Source: Lama guanicoe (Eukaryota). From it: 64,000 nucleotides of DNA. The notes below the pieces were generated by a model that saw only the letters and a list, made by a program, of their open reading frames with translations, had not been told where the DNA came from and searched no databases. Of the stretch, positions 1-12,797 are shown one piece after another. The DNA is taken from NCBI GenBank assembly GCA_013239625.1, contig MU056898.1:711717-775716 (forward strand), written 5' to 3'. The stretch's first letter is position 1, and every line of letters begins with the position of its first letter. Made by a program: the position numbers and the translations under genes.

Positions 1-6
1 TACCAG
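1..6 (+). CDS. IQCE: Probable last bases of an upstream IQCE exon (TAC CAG|gtgagc)
   Basis: Strong donor CAG|GTGAGC at 7, compatible with the phase-0 exon at 2401; only 6 exonic bases are visible. Confidence 0.45.
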
Positions 7-819
7 GTGAGCGAGCTGCCCGCGCCCACGCGACCCTGCTGGCTTTGCCAGCCGCGGCCGCGCCTTTGTAGTTCACGTGCTGATGTGCCCACACCTACTG
101 GGCCCCTTCCCTGGGCGGGCTCCGTGCCAGACGCGGTTGACATGTGGGGAAATGTAGGGGAGCAGAATGTTCGCAGAGAAGGGACCGGACCTAGGAAGGG
201 GGAGCCAAGGGGTCCCTTCCCCTCTCCTGGAGAAGCAGCCTGCTCCGTTTGCTGGATGGGACTAGGCAGTGGCTTGTCCGGAGGCCTCTGTCCCCTCCCT
301 GATGGGCACACACGTAGTGAGCTGAGTCCGGGGACACCGGCTCCGGGTGCAGCCCACTGGACCGTGGGACCGAGCTGAGGGGTTTTCCTGGCACTGCAGG
401 CCTCGGGGCTGCTCCTCAGAGGTCCATGGCGTGGGTGGCATGGATGACGTGGGTGACAGGACAGGAGGGCTGCGCTCGTGAGTCTTGGACCTTTGGGCAG
501 GGGGCAGCAGGGGCTGTGGGCTTGCACTGGGTTCCCTGTGTGCCTGGGGCGACGTCGGGCAATAGGCCAGGAGGGGGGCGGCCGGCGTCCTCTCATGGAG
601 GGAGGCGCGGTTTCCTTTCTCAGCTCCGGGGCGGCTCGCTGATGACCGTCCTGCTCTGCGATGACTGAGCGCTGTGGACGAGCTCCCCAGTTCTGTAAAG
701 CACAGCACAGCCCTGTTCCCCAGCTGATCAAACAGACAGGAAGTGGACTTCTCTGTTCGTCTGGATTTTATAAGATCTTAGCTCCAAAGGCTGCCGGTGG
801 AGGGTTTTAATCATTGTTT

Positions 820-1560
820 CCTCCTGACTTTTATTAAGCAAACTTACAAAATGTAGAAAAGTTTTGAAAGAGCTCAGTGTCTTCACACACACACACACCC
901 TCCCCCCGTGTACTAGTTCCTGTCTGCTACCTCCAGTCAGCAACAGTTCACTTAGCCGTGTTTCTTCTCGATACGTACTATTTTTTCCAGAACCATTCGA
1001 AAGTAAGTTTTAGGCATTATGAGGCCAGCGTGTATCTTCTGAGAATGAGGTGTGCTGCTTAACCACAGAGCCATGACTGCAGCTGAGAGGCTGAACAGTT
1101 TCACAGTACCATCTAACATCCTCTTTGTGGTCCCATTTCCCACCTGTCCAAAGGTGCCATTTGTAACTGTCATTTTCAAACCAGGATCCAACCAAGGTTG
1201 GACTCGGGTCCGAATCCACTGAAAGCACTACACTCAGTTGTTGAGGTCTCCTTAGTGTCGTTTGCCCTTACCCTTTTAAGGATGTCCTGGAGAGCGCAGG
1301 CGGGGTCCTGGAGCCTATCCCCCACCTGGGATCAGACGGCTTCTGGTGTCCTTTCAGTGCTTCCCTGTCCCCTGCCCTCCCTGTAAATGGGAAGTTAGGT
1401 CCACAGGCTTGACTCAATTCAGGTTGAAAACGATCTGGGGGAAGAACTCGTAGGTGATGCCTCGCTGTAAGACTCACGTGAAACCAGGGGTCCCCTGCTG
1501 TGTCTCTAACTTCGGTCTCTGGGTAGCGTCATGGCTGCCAGCTTTGCCTCCTTCACTGGT
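820..1560. mobile_element. Old L1 (L1MC/L1ME-like) 3' fragment
   Basis: AT-richer block with motifs such as aaccattcgaaagtaagtt and aaccaggatccaa recalled from old L1 3' ends; boundaries approximate. Confidence 0.4.
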
Positions 1561-2400
1561 CTTACCTCACTCGGTCATTTCAGACAACGTCGGGGGCCAG
1601 GGTGGGGGCGGGCAGGACGTGTGACCTCCGCAAATGCCATCCTTCTGCTCCGTGTAAGAGCCCTGCCCCAGCCCACGGCTCCCATCAGACCGCCAAGGCC
1701 TTTCCCCCCACTGGCCTCCAGGCTGGAGCCTGGTGACCTCCTGACTCCTGTGCTTGGGGCTTGCACGTCGGGAGGACTGGGCTCCACGCACATCCCTAAG
1801 AGCACACATCCTCGGAGCCCACCCTGGTGGTGCTGCTTCAGTGTGTCGTGGGTGCGGCTGGGTCTTTCTTCTCACATCCCCTGCCGGTCTTGATGGCTGC
1901 TCAGGCTTGGGAGCCGGCGACCCAGACCCCTGCCTGCGGATCCCCTGCGTAACATCACCAGCCGGCAGCGCCCAGCCGCTCTGTGAGCACCCAGAGAGGT
2001 CACCCCGGGTTAGGGCAGCTCAAGCTGAGGGAAGCGGCTTCCTCATCTGGAGCCCAGGACGCCCACATCATAGTTGGTCCCCGTGAGTCACTTGTTTGCC
2101 ACACAGCTGGCCGAGCAGCGCAGACGCCCCCAACACACCCTCGTCTTCGACTGTGACTCTCCTTCCTAATCACGGCCACTGCCTCCTCGCTGTCGCAGGC
2201 GTGTCTGGCTCCCTCAGCTCCGTCAGCTGCGGAACAGGCGTCAGGGAGGCACGGAGCCCCTCGGCTGTGGGAGGTGGGGAGGGGCCCCCGACTCTGCTTT
2301 TCCATCACTGTTGGCTGTGGCAGGGACAGAATCAAGAAATGAGCACTGTATTATAAAAAAAATTCATCGTGTTAATTCATAACTTATCTCTTTATTTCAG

Positions 2401-2424
2401 AAAAATAAGGCTGTTCTGAGTGAG
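2401..2424 (+). CDS. IQCE: IQCE 24-nt microexon (KNKAVLSE)
   Basis: Acceptor tctctttatttcag and donor GAG|gtaagc; resembles recalled KKKAVLDE. Confidence 0.85.
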
Positions 2425-5400
2425 GTAAGCAAGTTTTATTTCACCAATTTCAAAATGCGTATTTTTACTTTGTTTCAGGTGATCGTGGGGTGGCGGGGGC
2501 GGGCCTCAAGAAACATCCTTACGTGCTTGTTTTCACGAGGTCGGGGCAGACCCCAACATTGAGTTAAAACACATGAGTGACATTAACACCGAATAAATAC
2601 TTGGATAATTTCACACTTTCAGAATGCAGTCACTCATTCACTCTCTAAACACACTTTTACTGATCATCAGTTCTGTGTCCAGCAAGCCGGGGGCCCTCAG
2701 GACACAGAGAGACATTGAGACAAACAGGCAGCTCCAGTCCAGGGCAGAAGGTGGGCTCAGGGCCGCACCCACGGCCGAGGGGCTGCTTGCCCATGCTGGA
2801 CCGTCCCTGCAGGGGGCCCTGGAGACCAGCAGGGACTCACTGGACTGGGAAGTCAGAGGACGGGCCTCCTGGGTGGAAGAATTCGCTCCAGCAAAGCCCC
2901 AGTGAGCGTCAGGGTGTGTCTTGCTCAGGAAGAGAGAACAGGGGTGTGACTGGAACTCGAAGCGGACGGCGGGGTCTGCTGTGGGTGGCGCAGATATAAG
3001 CCCCGGGACCGTCTCACCACCCCCTCTCCGCCCTGCTTTTGCTTCTGCCCCACCTCCACGGCCCGTTCCCCATGCAGACACCAGGGCCGCGTTTGTAAGT
3101 GGTAAATCACATCACTCCACAGCAACTTCCTCTCACACCTGGAGCAGACCCGAGCTGTTCCCTGAAGTCCTACCTGCGACCCTCTCTGGCCAGCCCTCCA
3201 GCCCTGCTCGGTCCGGAGGCATCTCTGGCGTCCTTGAAAATACCCAGGCTATTCCTGCCACAGGGCCTTTGCGCTTGCTGCCCCCTCTGCCTAGAAGGCC
3301 CTTTCTCCCGATGTTCGCTGGCCCTGCTCCCTCACTGTGTCCAGGTCTCCTCTGAGATGTGGCCTTCTCTGGGCCCCGCACCCTGTCACTCTCCAGCCCC
3401 TCGCCCTGCCTTGTTTCTCTTCAGGGCGTTTACCCCCGCCTGATACTTGACCTTTTTTTTAAAATTGCTTGTCTCTCGCGTGAGAACATTAAGTTCCGTG
3501 GACTTGGGGACACTCTCTATCTTTCTGCCACCACTCTGTCCCTTTCCCAGCGTGGTACCTTCAGTGTTTGAATGCGGGAATGGTTGGGGGTTCCTCAGAG
3601 GGCTGTGTGGAGCATCTGTGACCCAGGTGGACACTCTGTCCCCTTTCTGTCTTGCTTGTTGGTCTCTGGTCAGTGAGCCTCGCCTGCCAGCGGACGCAGA
3701 AGCTGCCCTGGCAGCCAGGTGTTGTGCATTAGTTGCAGTACTCAGCTGCTTTTAGCGGGTTGCTTTGTCCTTAATGACCCACGTTCTTTCACCTCCCTTT
3801 GTTGTTTCCCACCCCCAAGGCTGTGGCGTTTCCGCCAACTTGCCTTCAAGAAAAACAAAGGTGTTTTCTTTGGGGGACTGTGATGGTGGAAGCGTCTGAG
3901 CCGCTGAACGCAAGCCCGAGTGCCGGGACTCAGCGTGCTGGTAGAGGGCCGTTCTCCCCAGTGGCCCCCGTCAGGGGTAGTTTTAACCGGGGCTGGAGGC
4001 AGGATCATTGAAAATCCAGAGCATTGATCTCGCTCAGCATCCATGTGTATTTCTAAAGAAAACATTCAAGATTAAGGTCGAAGGATGAGTAACCCCTTGG
4101 CGACAGTTTGCGATCGTGCTCCTCCCTGCTTGATCTAGAAGGTGTCCACCTTCTAAAGCAGAAGCAGGAGAGTCTGCTCCCACACGGAATAACCGTCTCT
4201 ACGTGGGAACCAAACTGAGTGCGAGATGCGGGTTAACGTTAGCAGCCGCCTAATCGCGTTTAATGGGTGATGCATTCACCCTCCAAGATCGTTTACGGTG
4301 GGCTCGGGCGTCTGGGCCTTTCTCTCCCCGGAGGGTTGGGTTTCTCGCTGTAGGAGATCCTGGGTGAGCAGAGGAGACGGGGGCTCCTTCGGATATGCCC
4401 GTGATCACGCAGGAGGAAGGGAAGGCGTCTTCCCTCTGGAACCTCCCGTGAGCTGCGCCTGCCGTCTTCCGGGGAAGCTGACTCCACCTCTCCCTCCTCT
4501 CCTGCCAGGCGGCTACCGTGCTGCAGGCGGCTTTCCGGGGGCACCTAGCGCGGGCGAAGCTGCTATCGAGCAGAGCGTGCGGCTCGCGTCCCCCCAGCGT
4601 GCCAAGCCCTCCCAGCCAGGTAACCCTCGGGGGCTGCACACAGACCCCGCCTTCTGAGCTCTGCCCCCGTTTCCCTTCACACATCCCCACGAGACAGGGC
4701 AGGCACCCTGCGGTCCTCGCGTCCCGCCTCGCCCCCCGCCCCAAGGCGCGTGCGGCCTGAGCTGCCCAAGGGGTCACAGCTGGCCTGGGCTTCAGGCTGC
4801 AGACCGCTCTGAGTGCAGGAGCAGCAGCAGCGCGTCCGCCTCGCAGTTGAGACAGAAGCTGAAAACACAGCAAAGACAGGAGCGTTCTGTAGCAGCCCCC
4901 CCCCCGTGAAAACACCCAGACATGCACTTTAAGAATCTCTGGAGTCTAAGAATTAACCTGCAATCGGGAAACTCCGCCGAAGTAGTTAGGAACGAGGGGA
5001 ACCACCTGACTCGGAGCCGTGCTCTCACCTGGCGCTGAGGGCCTGGAGGAGGAAGGTGGCAGAGGTCTCCAGCGGCGCCTTCCCCACTGTCACTGCCGCA
5101 GGACTCCCCCTCGCCCCACGTTCTGAGCCCCGTCGTCCAGGCCGAGGGTGACCTGGGGCAAGAGGAGGCCATCACCACCATCCAGTCCGTCTTCCGGGCA
5201 CATCTGGCACGGGCCAGGCACAGGTAAGTCCGCCCGGCAGGCCACCTCTGTCCTGAGGGCGGTGCTGGGCGCGCACAGGGGCTGTCCACCCGCCCAGGCA
5301 CATCGCGCCCAGGCACGGGGGTGGGGCCGGGCCTGGGACCTAGCTCACCTTGTGGAAGGCTCCTCCCGCAGCTCCCGGAGGGGTGGGCCGCCAATTCTGG

Positions 5401-8400
5401 GCCTCGGGAAGAGGCCTTTCTAGGAGCATTTCCTCCTGCTGGGAGAGACGGAGGGAAGGCGTGGGTACCTTGTGGTCCTGGTACCATCAGTTCGCAGCTG
5501 GGCGGCCCCCTGTCCCGATGCCCTGCCCCTTCCTGAAGGAAGTGTGGCGTGACCTGTGCTCAGGGAGACATGGGTGTTGTCAGGGGCCTTCCCGCCGCAT
5601 CCCGCACTCCTCGTCCACGGCACCGTGCCTGCTAGGCCACCAGGGTCCAGCCAGGACTGTCCAGCCGCAGCAGCTCGGACCCCCGTGTACGCCGACCCGG
5701 CCAAGGAGTGGGATTTACAGCGAGGCTGAGAGCACGCGGCCCGGGGCTCGGGCAGGGATGCTGGGCACCTCTGTGCGGCAGGGGCCTCCGGCGGGGGGTG
5801 CGCCTGGCAGCAGGCCGCAGACGAGGCCGGCCTGCTCTGACGTCAGATTCAGCTAGTTTCTCTGCTTTCCCCAGTGCCGCCGGTCAGAGAGCCACTGCTG
5901 CAGCATGCGCGGACAGATCTGCCTGGGCCCCGCACAGCGAACCCCTGTCCTCACCCCTCCCTGCAGCTTCTCCTGATGATTTCATTTCATTTCGGATTTC
6001 GTGTAAGGAGCTGCGGACCTTCTGAGGTTTAAGCCAAAAGTGCTGCCACCGTCCCTGAAGCTGGACGCGTGAAGGGGCATGCCTGCGCAGCCACCTGCAG
6101 GCCGAGTGATGTCTCCCCATCACAGCTTCGTCCCTGGTGCCTCGGGTTGTAGCGGGAAGGGACGGCCCCCACGGGACTCCCCGGAGCCTGACCTGGAGCC
6201 GGTTCCTGGTCGGTGACAGTGGTGCTCCCACCACCACGGGCCACGCGGGTGGAGCTTCGTGGCTTTGATTTTTATCTCAGTCTAACCGGAGCGAGGCAGC
6301 TCCTCCCTGGGCCAGTGTTTCTCCTGGTGGTTGTTTTAAGTGAGGCTCACTTGTGCTTCCTTTCCTGCTTCGCTGCAACCTGAAACCCATCAGCGCAGAA
6401 GTCCTGGCACTGACGGGGGCGCCGCCGCCCTCGGGGGCCTGGGCCCCGCTCCGTCACTCCCCGGACATGCGGGCCCCTCGGGGCCTCCACTCCTCGTGTG
6501 TGAGGCCGCTTGGAAGCCACTTTCAGGACCCACATCCTGCGAGTCTGACTGTCCCTCGGTGCTGCTGCCTCGCACTGTAACTGGGAAGCTCTGGGCCATC
6601 TCTGTAAGGCCAGAGACGGCACACAGGTGGCATTCTGAGGTCTGTCACAGACGGAGCAGCGTAGGCCCGAGTCTCCTCTGTGATTGGCGGCCAGTGGGCC
6701 GCCGTCACACGTGGCTCCCGTGGGAACCTTTCCATGAAGGGCTTCCAGGGCCGAGTCTGGGGTGGCAGAGATGAGATCGGAGGAGGACAGGTGCAGGGAG
6801 GGAACGGCGCTTCATGCCAACGACAGACTACAGAAGGAAGCAGTTTTTCTGGGCCAAAAATGTGAGGATAGGAAGGCGGGGGGTATGGTGAGTCTCCGTG
6901 CAGATGGGAGTTTCTTGTGTGTGTCATTTCAGGTCAGGAAGACAGTGAGGGGAGCAGCGGGGAGCCGGCGGAGGGGCCAGCTCCCGAGCACGAAGCACCC
7001 AGGGGCCCAGGAAAGCCGGCAGCCCCGCCACCCGGCCCCGGTGAGTGCAGGCGTCCCAAGGCATCACCCTTCCGTGTCTGGGAGAAGCCCCCGGCTCTTC
7101 ACCCCATTGCCCCAGCTCTGGGAGAGCTGGTAACTTTGAATCTGGACGGTCTCCCCAGAGCCTCTGTTTGCAGACAGATCGGCAGCAGAGGGTGTGCAGG
7201 GAAGATAAGGGAGTTCACAGAGCTAGGGGGCTGCCCCAGAACCTTCCAGCCCCCATAGCTGCACATTGTCCTCCAAAAGCCTGTTTCACACTGATGTCAC
7301 CAGAACCTACGTTTGATGACCTCTAGACTCTGATTGGGGCTAGAGTGTCGTTCATGCCACCTTTCTCTCCTCTTGTTAAATGTGTGTCATTTTAAAGCGG
7401 CCACTCGGCCTCTGCCCAGAAAGATCCACCTCAGACCAGGCTCCAGCCTCCAGCTCTCATTCACCCAAAGAAACCATCTCTGAAAAGTGGACACCAAGCC
7501 CTGGTGTGGCCTGACTGTGGAAGTGCTTTTAAGGAAAAAAGAAAATAACCTGGAAAACTGATGTTTTTAATTTCATAAGCTTCCACTTTAATAATTTTCG
7601 TGAAAGTTACAGAAGAAGAGCTGACCCAGAGCAGCCGCAGCACGGCTGAGTCCCAATTTCCTTCCCTTTTAATCGCAGATCAGTGGCTGGTTATTTTTTC
7701 ACTCTATGAAGCAGTAAGGGCAAGGCCCCCTCCTGGGGCTGGGAGCGATGGCCCGGCAGGGCCCTGCCCCTCCTCACATGCCGTCCAGGTGGCACTCAGG
7801 GTGGCGGTGATCTGCAGGCAGCCTCCCCGTCCAGCATCTGTCACGGGATTTGAAGGGTTTGGATGTGTGTGATGGCAGGAGTGGAAGTGGGGGTGTCACC
7901 GGGCGCTGGCTCGTCTGTCCCGCCTCCCCCACCTGGGGGGGCGTGCAGTGCACGAGCCCCCATGTCCTCCCAAGGAAGCTGGCGGCCACTGGCCGCATCT
8001 GCCCGCGAGTCACAGCCAGCCGCCCGGGGCCCCAGGCTCCTGGACGCTGCTGCCAGGGTGGCTCGTGGAAAATTCCTGCCAAAGACTTGAGCCGCCCCAG
8101 TCTTCACCTTTCGCAGGTGTTTTGCTTTTTGGAAATGACCAAAATGTTGCAGCTGAGCTTATCGGTGGAGGTGGTGTGGGTGCATACAGTGAGGGTGGCG
8201 TGGTGGCGTGGCGTGAAGTTGATCCGGGACGTCTGTGCCCGGGACTGGCGGCCCTGAGCGCTGGGGTGACCCCCTTCCTGTCTCTGCTTCCTTTCAGCGG
8301 AGCACTCTCCCTCGGGGCTGCAGCCCGCCATGCCTCCACCCGCGGAGGAAGTGAACTCGGACGACTCGGACGAGGTCGTCTTGGCACCAGCTCTGCCCAC

Positions 8401-8434
8401 GAGGAAAACGGCCTCCCCGCCCCTCACGTGGTGA
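2401..8434 (+). CDS. IQCE: IQ motif-containing protein E, 3' part: join(2401-2424,4509-4619,5102-5223,5875-5975 or 6002,6933-7040,8298-8434); 5' exons lie upstream of the window
   Basis: Spliced translation KNKAVLSE|AATVLQAAFRGHLARAK...|...EEAITTIQSVFRAHLARARHS|...|...VNSDDSDEVVLAPALPTRK has two IQ motifs and matches the recalled IQCE C-terminus. Exon phases are consistent and the gene lies next to TTYH3. Confidence 0.9.
2625..2900 (-). mobile_element. L2 3'-end fragment
   Basis: cactcattcact...ttactgatcatcagttctgtgtccag resembles the reverse L2 tail. Confidence 0.45.
3100..3575 (+). mobile_element. L2 fragment
   Basis: cctgccacagggcctttgcgcttgctgccccctctgcctagaa is a typical L2 3' motif. 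Confidence 0.65.
4509..4619 (+). CDS. IQCE: IQCE exon with IQ motif LQAAFRGHLAR
   Basis: cctgccag acceptor, CAG|gtaacc donor, 111 nt, phase 0-0. Confidence 0.92.
5102..5223 (+). CDS. IQCE: IQCE exon with IQ motif IQSVFRAHLAR
   Basis: gccgcag acceptor, AG|gtaagt donor, 122 nt, phase 0-2. Confidence 0.92.
5875..6002 (+). CDS. IQCE: IQCE exon (S)AAGQRATAAACADRSAWAPHSEPLSSPLPAASP..., 3' boundary uncertain (5975 or 6002)
   Basis: tttccccag acceptor in phase 2. The expected donor after 5975 reads AT; an in-phase GTAAGG donor lies at 6003. Confidence 0.7.
6933..7040 (+). CDS. IQCE: IQCE 108-nt symmetric exon (QEDSEGSSGEPAEGPAPEHEAPRGPGKPAAPPPGP)
   Basis: gtcatttcag acceptor, CCG|gtgagt donor, phase 1-1, open frame. 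Confidence 0.72.
8298..8434 (+). CDS. IQCE: IQCE last coding exon (EHSPSGLQPAMPPPAEEVNSDDSDEVVLAPALPTRKTASPPLTW*)
   Basis: ctgcttcctttcag acceptor, phase 1, VNSDDSD motif, TGA at 8432-8434. Confidence 0.88.
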
Positions 8435-11278
8435 TGCTCTGAGTGGAAGGTTAGGTTGAGAGGACCAGGCGTGTTCTACAGGACAGGATACCTAAAACTG
8501 GAAAGTAGTGTGTCTTGTTAGGAAAAGAACAGTGCCTGCTTGGCGCCTGCACGCCTTCCCGGTCTCTCTTGTTCTGCCTGTTGCCTCGCGGGTTTAAGGA
8601 TCCCAGGTGCCTTTATTGTGCCCTTGGGGGCGGTTGCCTCGTTCCCGCCTCCCCAGGGGCAGCTCACATGGTGGCCTTAAGTGCCAGACAGATGCACCTC
8701 CCCCTATCGATGGGCAGCCAGGGAGCCCCGGAAAGACGCCTTCCTGGCACCTCACTGGCCAGCTTTGGCCGCGACTGGGAAGAGCTGCTCCACGTGGAGC
8801 TGACGCTGACACCGCCCCCCTCATCCTCCTCGACGTCCCCGCCGGCCAGAATCTGCCCCGCCTTCATTGCAGCAGGTCAGGCTGGACACGCCATGCCGAA
8901 CCTTTTGGAGGAGTGTGCTAGGAGGCAGGCCCGCGGTAGGGGGTGGGTTCCCCTCATCCCTGTGACGAAACGCTGCCATGTCAGAAGTTTCTGAGACTTG
9001 GATGACATCAGGGTCCCCAAATGGGTTCTTGTTCCTCGGGCTCCCCACTCCCGCCCCTCACCACACGGACCTGTCTTCTGTCATCTTCGCTATCCCCTTG
9101 GGACCCCGTCCCCAAGAGCTGCTGTTCCTGGGAAGGAGTTGGGTGGTAGGTTTTGTCACTGGGTGGATTAAAAAACCACCAAATTATAATCACAGAAGTA
9201 GCATCACATCTGATTTTGAAACCTGCAGAGGGAAAGCTGTTCCCCAAGACCAGAGGCAGGTGTGGCAGCCTCCACGGGGCTGCCAGGGGAGAGGGAGGGA
9301 GGGAGGGAGGGCGGAGAAGTGTCCCGCCGGCACACACACACACTGCCCCCACCGCTGCCCCTCGCCATGTGCAGACCCTGGCTCGGCTCCCAGGGGCCAC
9401 AGCCCCAGGGGTGTGGCACACAGGTCTTTTCAGAAGCTGGGCTCTGGTTCTTTGTGAGATTAGGCTTTGCTGATGGACGAAGAGGAAAAGCCTCAGGCCT
9501 GGGTGCAAGCTTCAGGGCATCTAGACCACTGTACACCCCAGGTCTGGCGTCACTGCAGGGGCCTGGCCGTCAGCAGAGCTGAGAAAGGCAAGGTCTGCCC
9601 GTGGACCTGAGTTTTCTAAGAAAATGCCCCAGAGCGTTGTAAATACAGACTTGGGTCTGCCTCTGCTCCTCGGGTGTTGATCTAGAAAAAGTAAGCAGTC
9701 TTGAAGCCGTAGCTCAGGGCCGTGACCTCAGCGGATGTCCAGTGGTTGGCGCCCTTCACTGTGGCTCTGTGACCCTCAGACACTGCGCAGAGCTGTCCCC
9801 TGGAGAATGCCAGGTGCCCAGGGTGCTTACAGGGCCCGGGGCCTAGGGCTGGGGTTTTAGGGCTGTGGGAGCCGCACAGGGAGGGGCAGGAGACGGGCCT
9901 GGGGCCTAGAGGGCCCACCTGCCCCTGTGCTGGCCTCCGGTGCTGCCCCGCTGGACGGGCCCCACGGCCCTTCAGGAAGACCGTCCCAACAAGAAGACCA
10001 GTGGCACTAGGAGAAGCCTGGCCCCCGAGCTCAGCTCTCCTAGCATGGGTGCCACAGAGCTTTGCCTCAGTTTCAAGAAAGAAATACCCTCTGCCGAAAG
10101 CCTCATTCACCCGCAAGATCTGGATAAAATCTAAATTCCCTTAGACCCTGTCTCAGCCCATTCAGACCCCTTCTGTGGTTTTGGAAGCAGTGCCTGCTCC
10201 CGGGTGGCTCGGAAGTTCTGAGGAGAGGACGCTGCCACACAGACCTGCCACCTGCCTCTCCAGGCGGAGCCTTGCCAAGCCCCCCGGGTCTGCCAGCGCC
10301 CCCGAACTCGCATCTGGGAGCTGACGTGCGAGCGCGCCGGGTGGCCCCGGGTGGCGCTGGTGGACCCGCGGTCCCACATTTGTCCCGGGCAGCGTCCTGG
10401 CCTCGCGTGGTTTACCTGTGACTCTTCGGCAGGGCGAGCGTTTCTCTCCGTGCTGCTCGTCGCTGTCGGCTGCTTTGCAGGCCCTTGTCTTGGTCGCCCT
10501 GCAAACCTGAGACTTTCCGTTTCCTCCAGCTGCTGCAGCTCATGCTGCAGAAACCCCGTTTTTCTGGGCTTCCGGCTTTTGCTCTGGTCACAGCACCGGC
10601 TTGGGAGTGAAGAGGCAACTGGAGGGAGGGGACCCCGCAGCCTGCTCCCCTCCCCGCTTGGCCTCGTGCATCTGTCTGAAGCTTCTCTTCCTGGTTCACG
10701 CCCGAGGACTTAGACATCAATCAAGAAACGTGGTGGGGGGCATTTCCCGCAATTCTATTTAACTTTTTCTTTAGGAGCAGGGGTGGAATAGCTTACTTGG
10801 CATCAAATAGATGCCAGTGACCCCCCCCCCATAAAGCTGACTTGTGGGAAAGCACGGTTTGCCAGTATTTTGTTGCACAGCACGCGTGCACCTGTGGCTT
10901 TGTCTGAAGCCACCGGCTTTGAATTTGTCTAAAGCCACTGGCTGGTTGGCTCCAGCCCTTGCCCGAGGCCGTCTTTGCACCCGATCACCATGTGTCTTGT
11001 CGGCAAATGACTCATCTGGGGGACCTGGCGCTTTCAGAGGAGCTGGCCGGGCCTTGAGGAGGCTGGGACAGGGCAAGGCTGGGTTCATCAGACACTTGGC
11101 CCAGCCGCAAGCCTGCTGCCACTGCTCTGCCGTGAGGCTGGGGCTGCCGGCAGAGAGGCAGCCTTGAGGGGCAGGGGCGGAGGCTGGATCTCAGCTGGAG
11201 CTGGTGAGAGGATAACGCAGTAAGGTCCACCCCTGGGCCTCCCCACCACCGGTGAAGGAAAGCTGGCGGGAAGGTATA

Positions 11279-11284
11279 AATAAA
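11279..11284 (+). terminator. Probable IQCE polyadenylation signal AATAAA
   Basis: Canonical hexamer about 2.85 kb after the stop codon. Confidence 0.55.
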
Positions 11285-12632
11285 CGTGTGAACATAAACA
11301 CGTACACACACATCCACACGTGCGCAAACACAGAATCCCTCTCCCCTGTTCCTGCCACTGGCCTGGTGCTCTCGGCAAGTCTTCATGTTACAGGAAAGGC
11401 CTGTGAGCCTCCTAAAGGCTGGTAACTGAGTGTCCCCCAGGGCCCTGCCCAGATGGTTTTAAATACGAGATTCCTCAAAATCGCAGGGAACATAGGAAAA
11501 AAAGTCAGAATCCAGGTCCCCGGCTCCTTTCGCTGCGGCTGGATTGAGCACAGGAGAGCTGCGGGTGGGGATGGGCCTGGGCTGCTCGGCCGGACGCCGG
11601 CACCTTCCCTTCTCCCGGGAGCCCCCGCCCTGGCAGCTCAGGCCCAGAGGGCGGCCCCATCAGACAGCGCCTGCCTAGGGAATCTGGGGGACGTTTCCAT
11701 GGTGCCGTGTCCTTTCTGAATAGGGAGAGGGGGTGCCCCTGAGCTATTCGTTAATTAAGGCCAGAACTGCCGGGGATTCAAGGCAGAGGGTCCGATGTGT
11801 GCCAAGGCTCCCCGGGGCCACCATTCAGGCTGCCTCCCAGCCCCTCCCTTCCGCCCCACTCTGAAGGAATGGAAGCCAGGAAGCCCGGGGGTAGGTGGGC
11901 TGGGGGCACAGCTCACAGAGAGAGTCGCTGCCCCTGCTAGTCGCAGCCCCGTCCACTGCCATCCCATCTCAGAGGGCCTCCCCCAGGCTCAGGGCTGTGA
12001 TGGCCACGCTCTCTGCAGTTTGGGACGCAGTGGCCCCTTCCCCACCCCCCTCCCCACTGACACGTCTTCCCCCCCACCCCTCTGGCCTCTACCAGCCCTT
12101 CCTCTGATGCCTGTTAGACGTGGGTGTCCCCAGGGCTCTGACGCCAACACCCAGACCCTAAATGTTGGTGTCAGGGTCTGCACAGACACATCTCAGATGC
12201 CTCAGACTCGGCCGAGCCCAGCTTGGACTTACCTCTGCCCCTAACCTGCCCCCGGCCAGTGGTCCCATCTCAGTGCACCACAGCCTCCCTGTGTCCAGGC
12301 CTGAGCCAGGCACGGTCCTCCTCACCCACCACAGTCAGTCCCCGGGCCCTGGCACTCCTGCGCAGAGCGCTCAACATCTGCAGTGAGGCTGGGTGACCCC
12401 AACAGTGTCCCACGGACTCCAGGACAAAACCCAACCCCTGAACCGGGACCATATGTTGTAGGTATCTCACCCCACTTAAAAATTTTCAGATGACACGGTT
12501 CTCCCCTCCCAGGCAGGCTCGCCTTTAGGCCTCCTCACCCTACCATCATTATCACACAGGTCAGACGCCTGGGTCGGGGGTGACTCCCGTGACGCCCTCC
12601 TAGCCATCTCCAATCCTTTAACAAAAAATCCT

Positions 12633-12797
12633 TTTTTTTAAATTAATTATTCTATTATTTTTTAATTCTTTTTTGTTTTGGGAGGAGGAGGTAATTGCGT
12701 TTATTAATTTTTTTAGAGGAGGATACTGGGGATTGAACCCACAACCTCATCCGTGCTAAGCATGCGCTCTACTGCTTGAGCCATGCCCTCCACCCTT
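12633..12797 (-). mobile_element. Vic-1-like camelid tRNA-Ala-derived SINE with target-site duplication
   Basis: Reverse tRNA-like head (A and B boxes), aattacctcc 3' segment and A-rich tail; TAACAAAAAATCCT repeated at 12619-12632 and 12803-12816. Confidence 0.85.
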
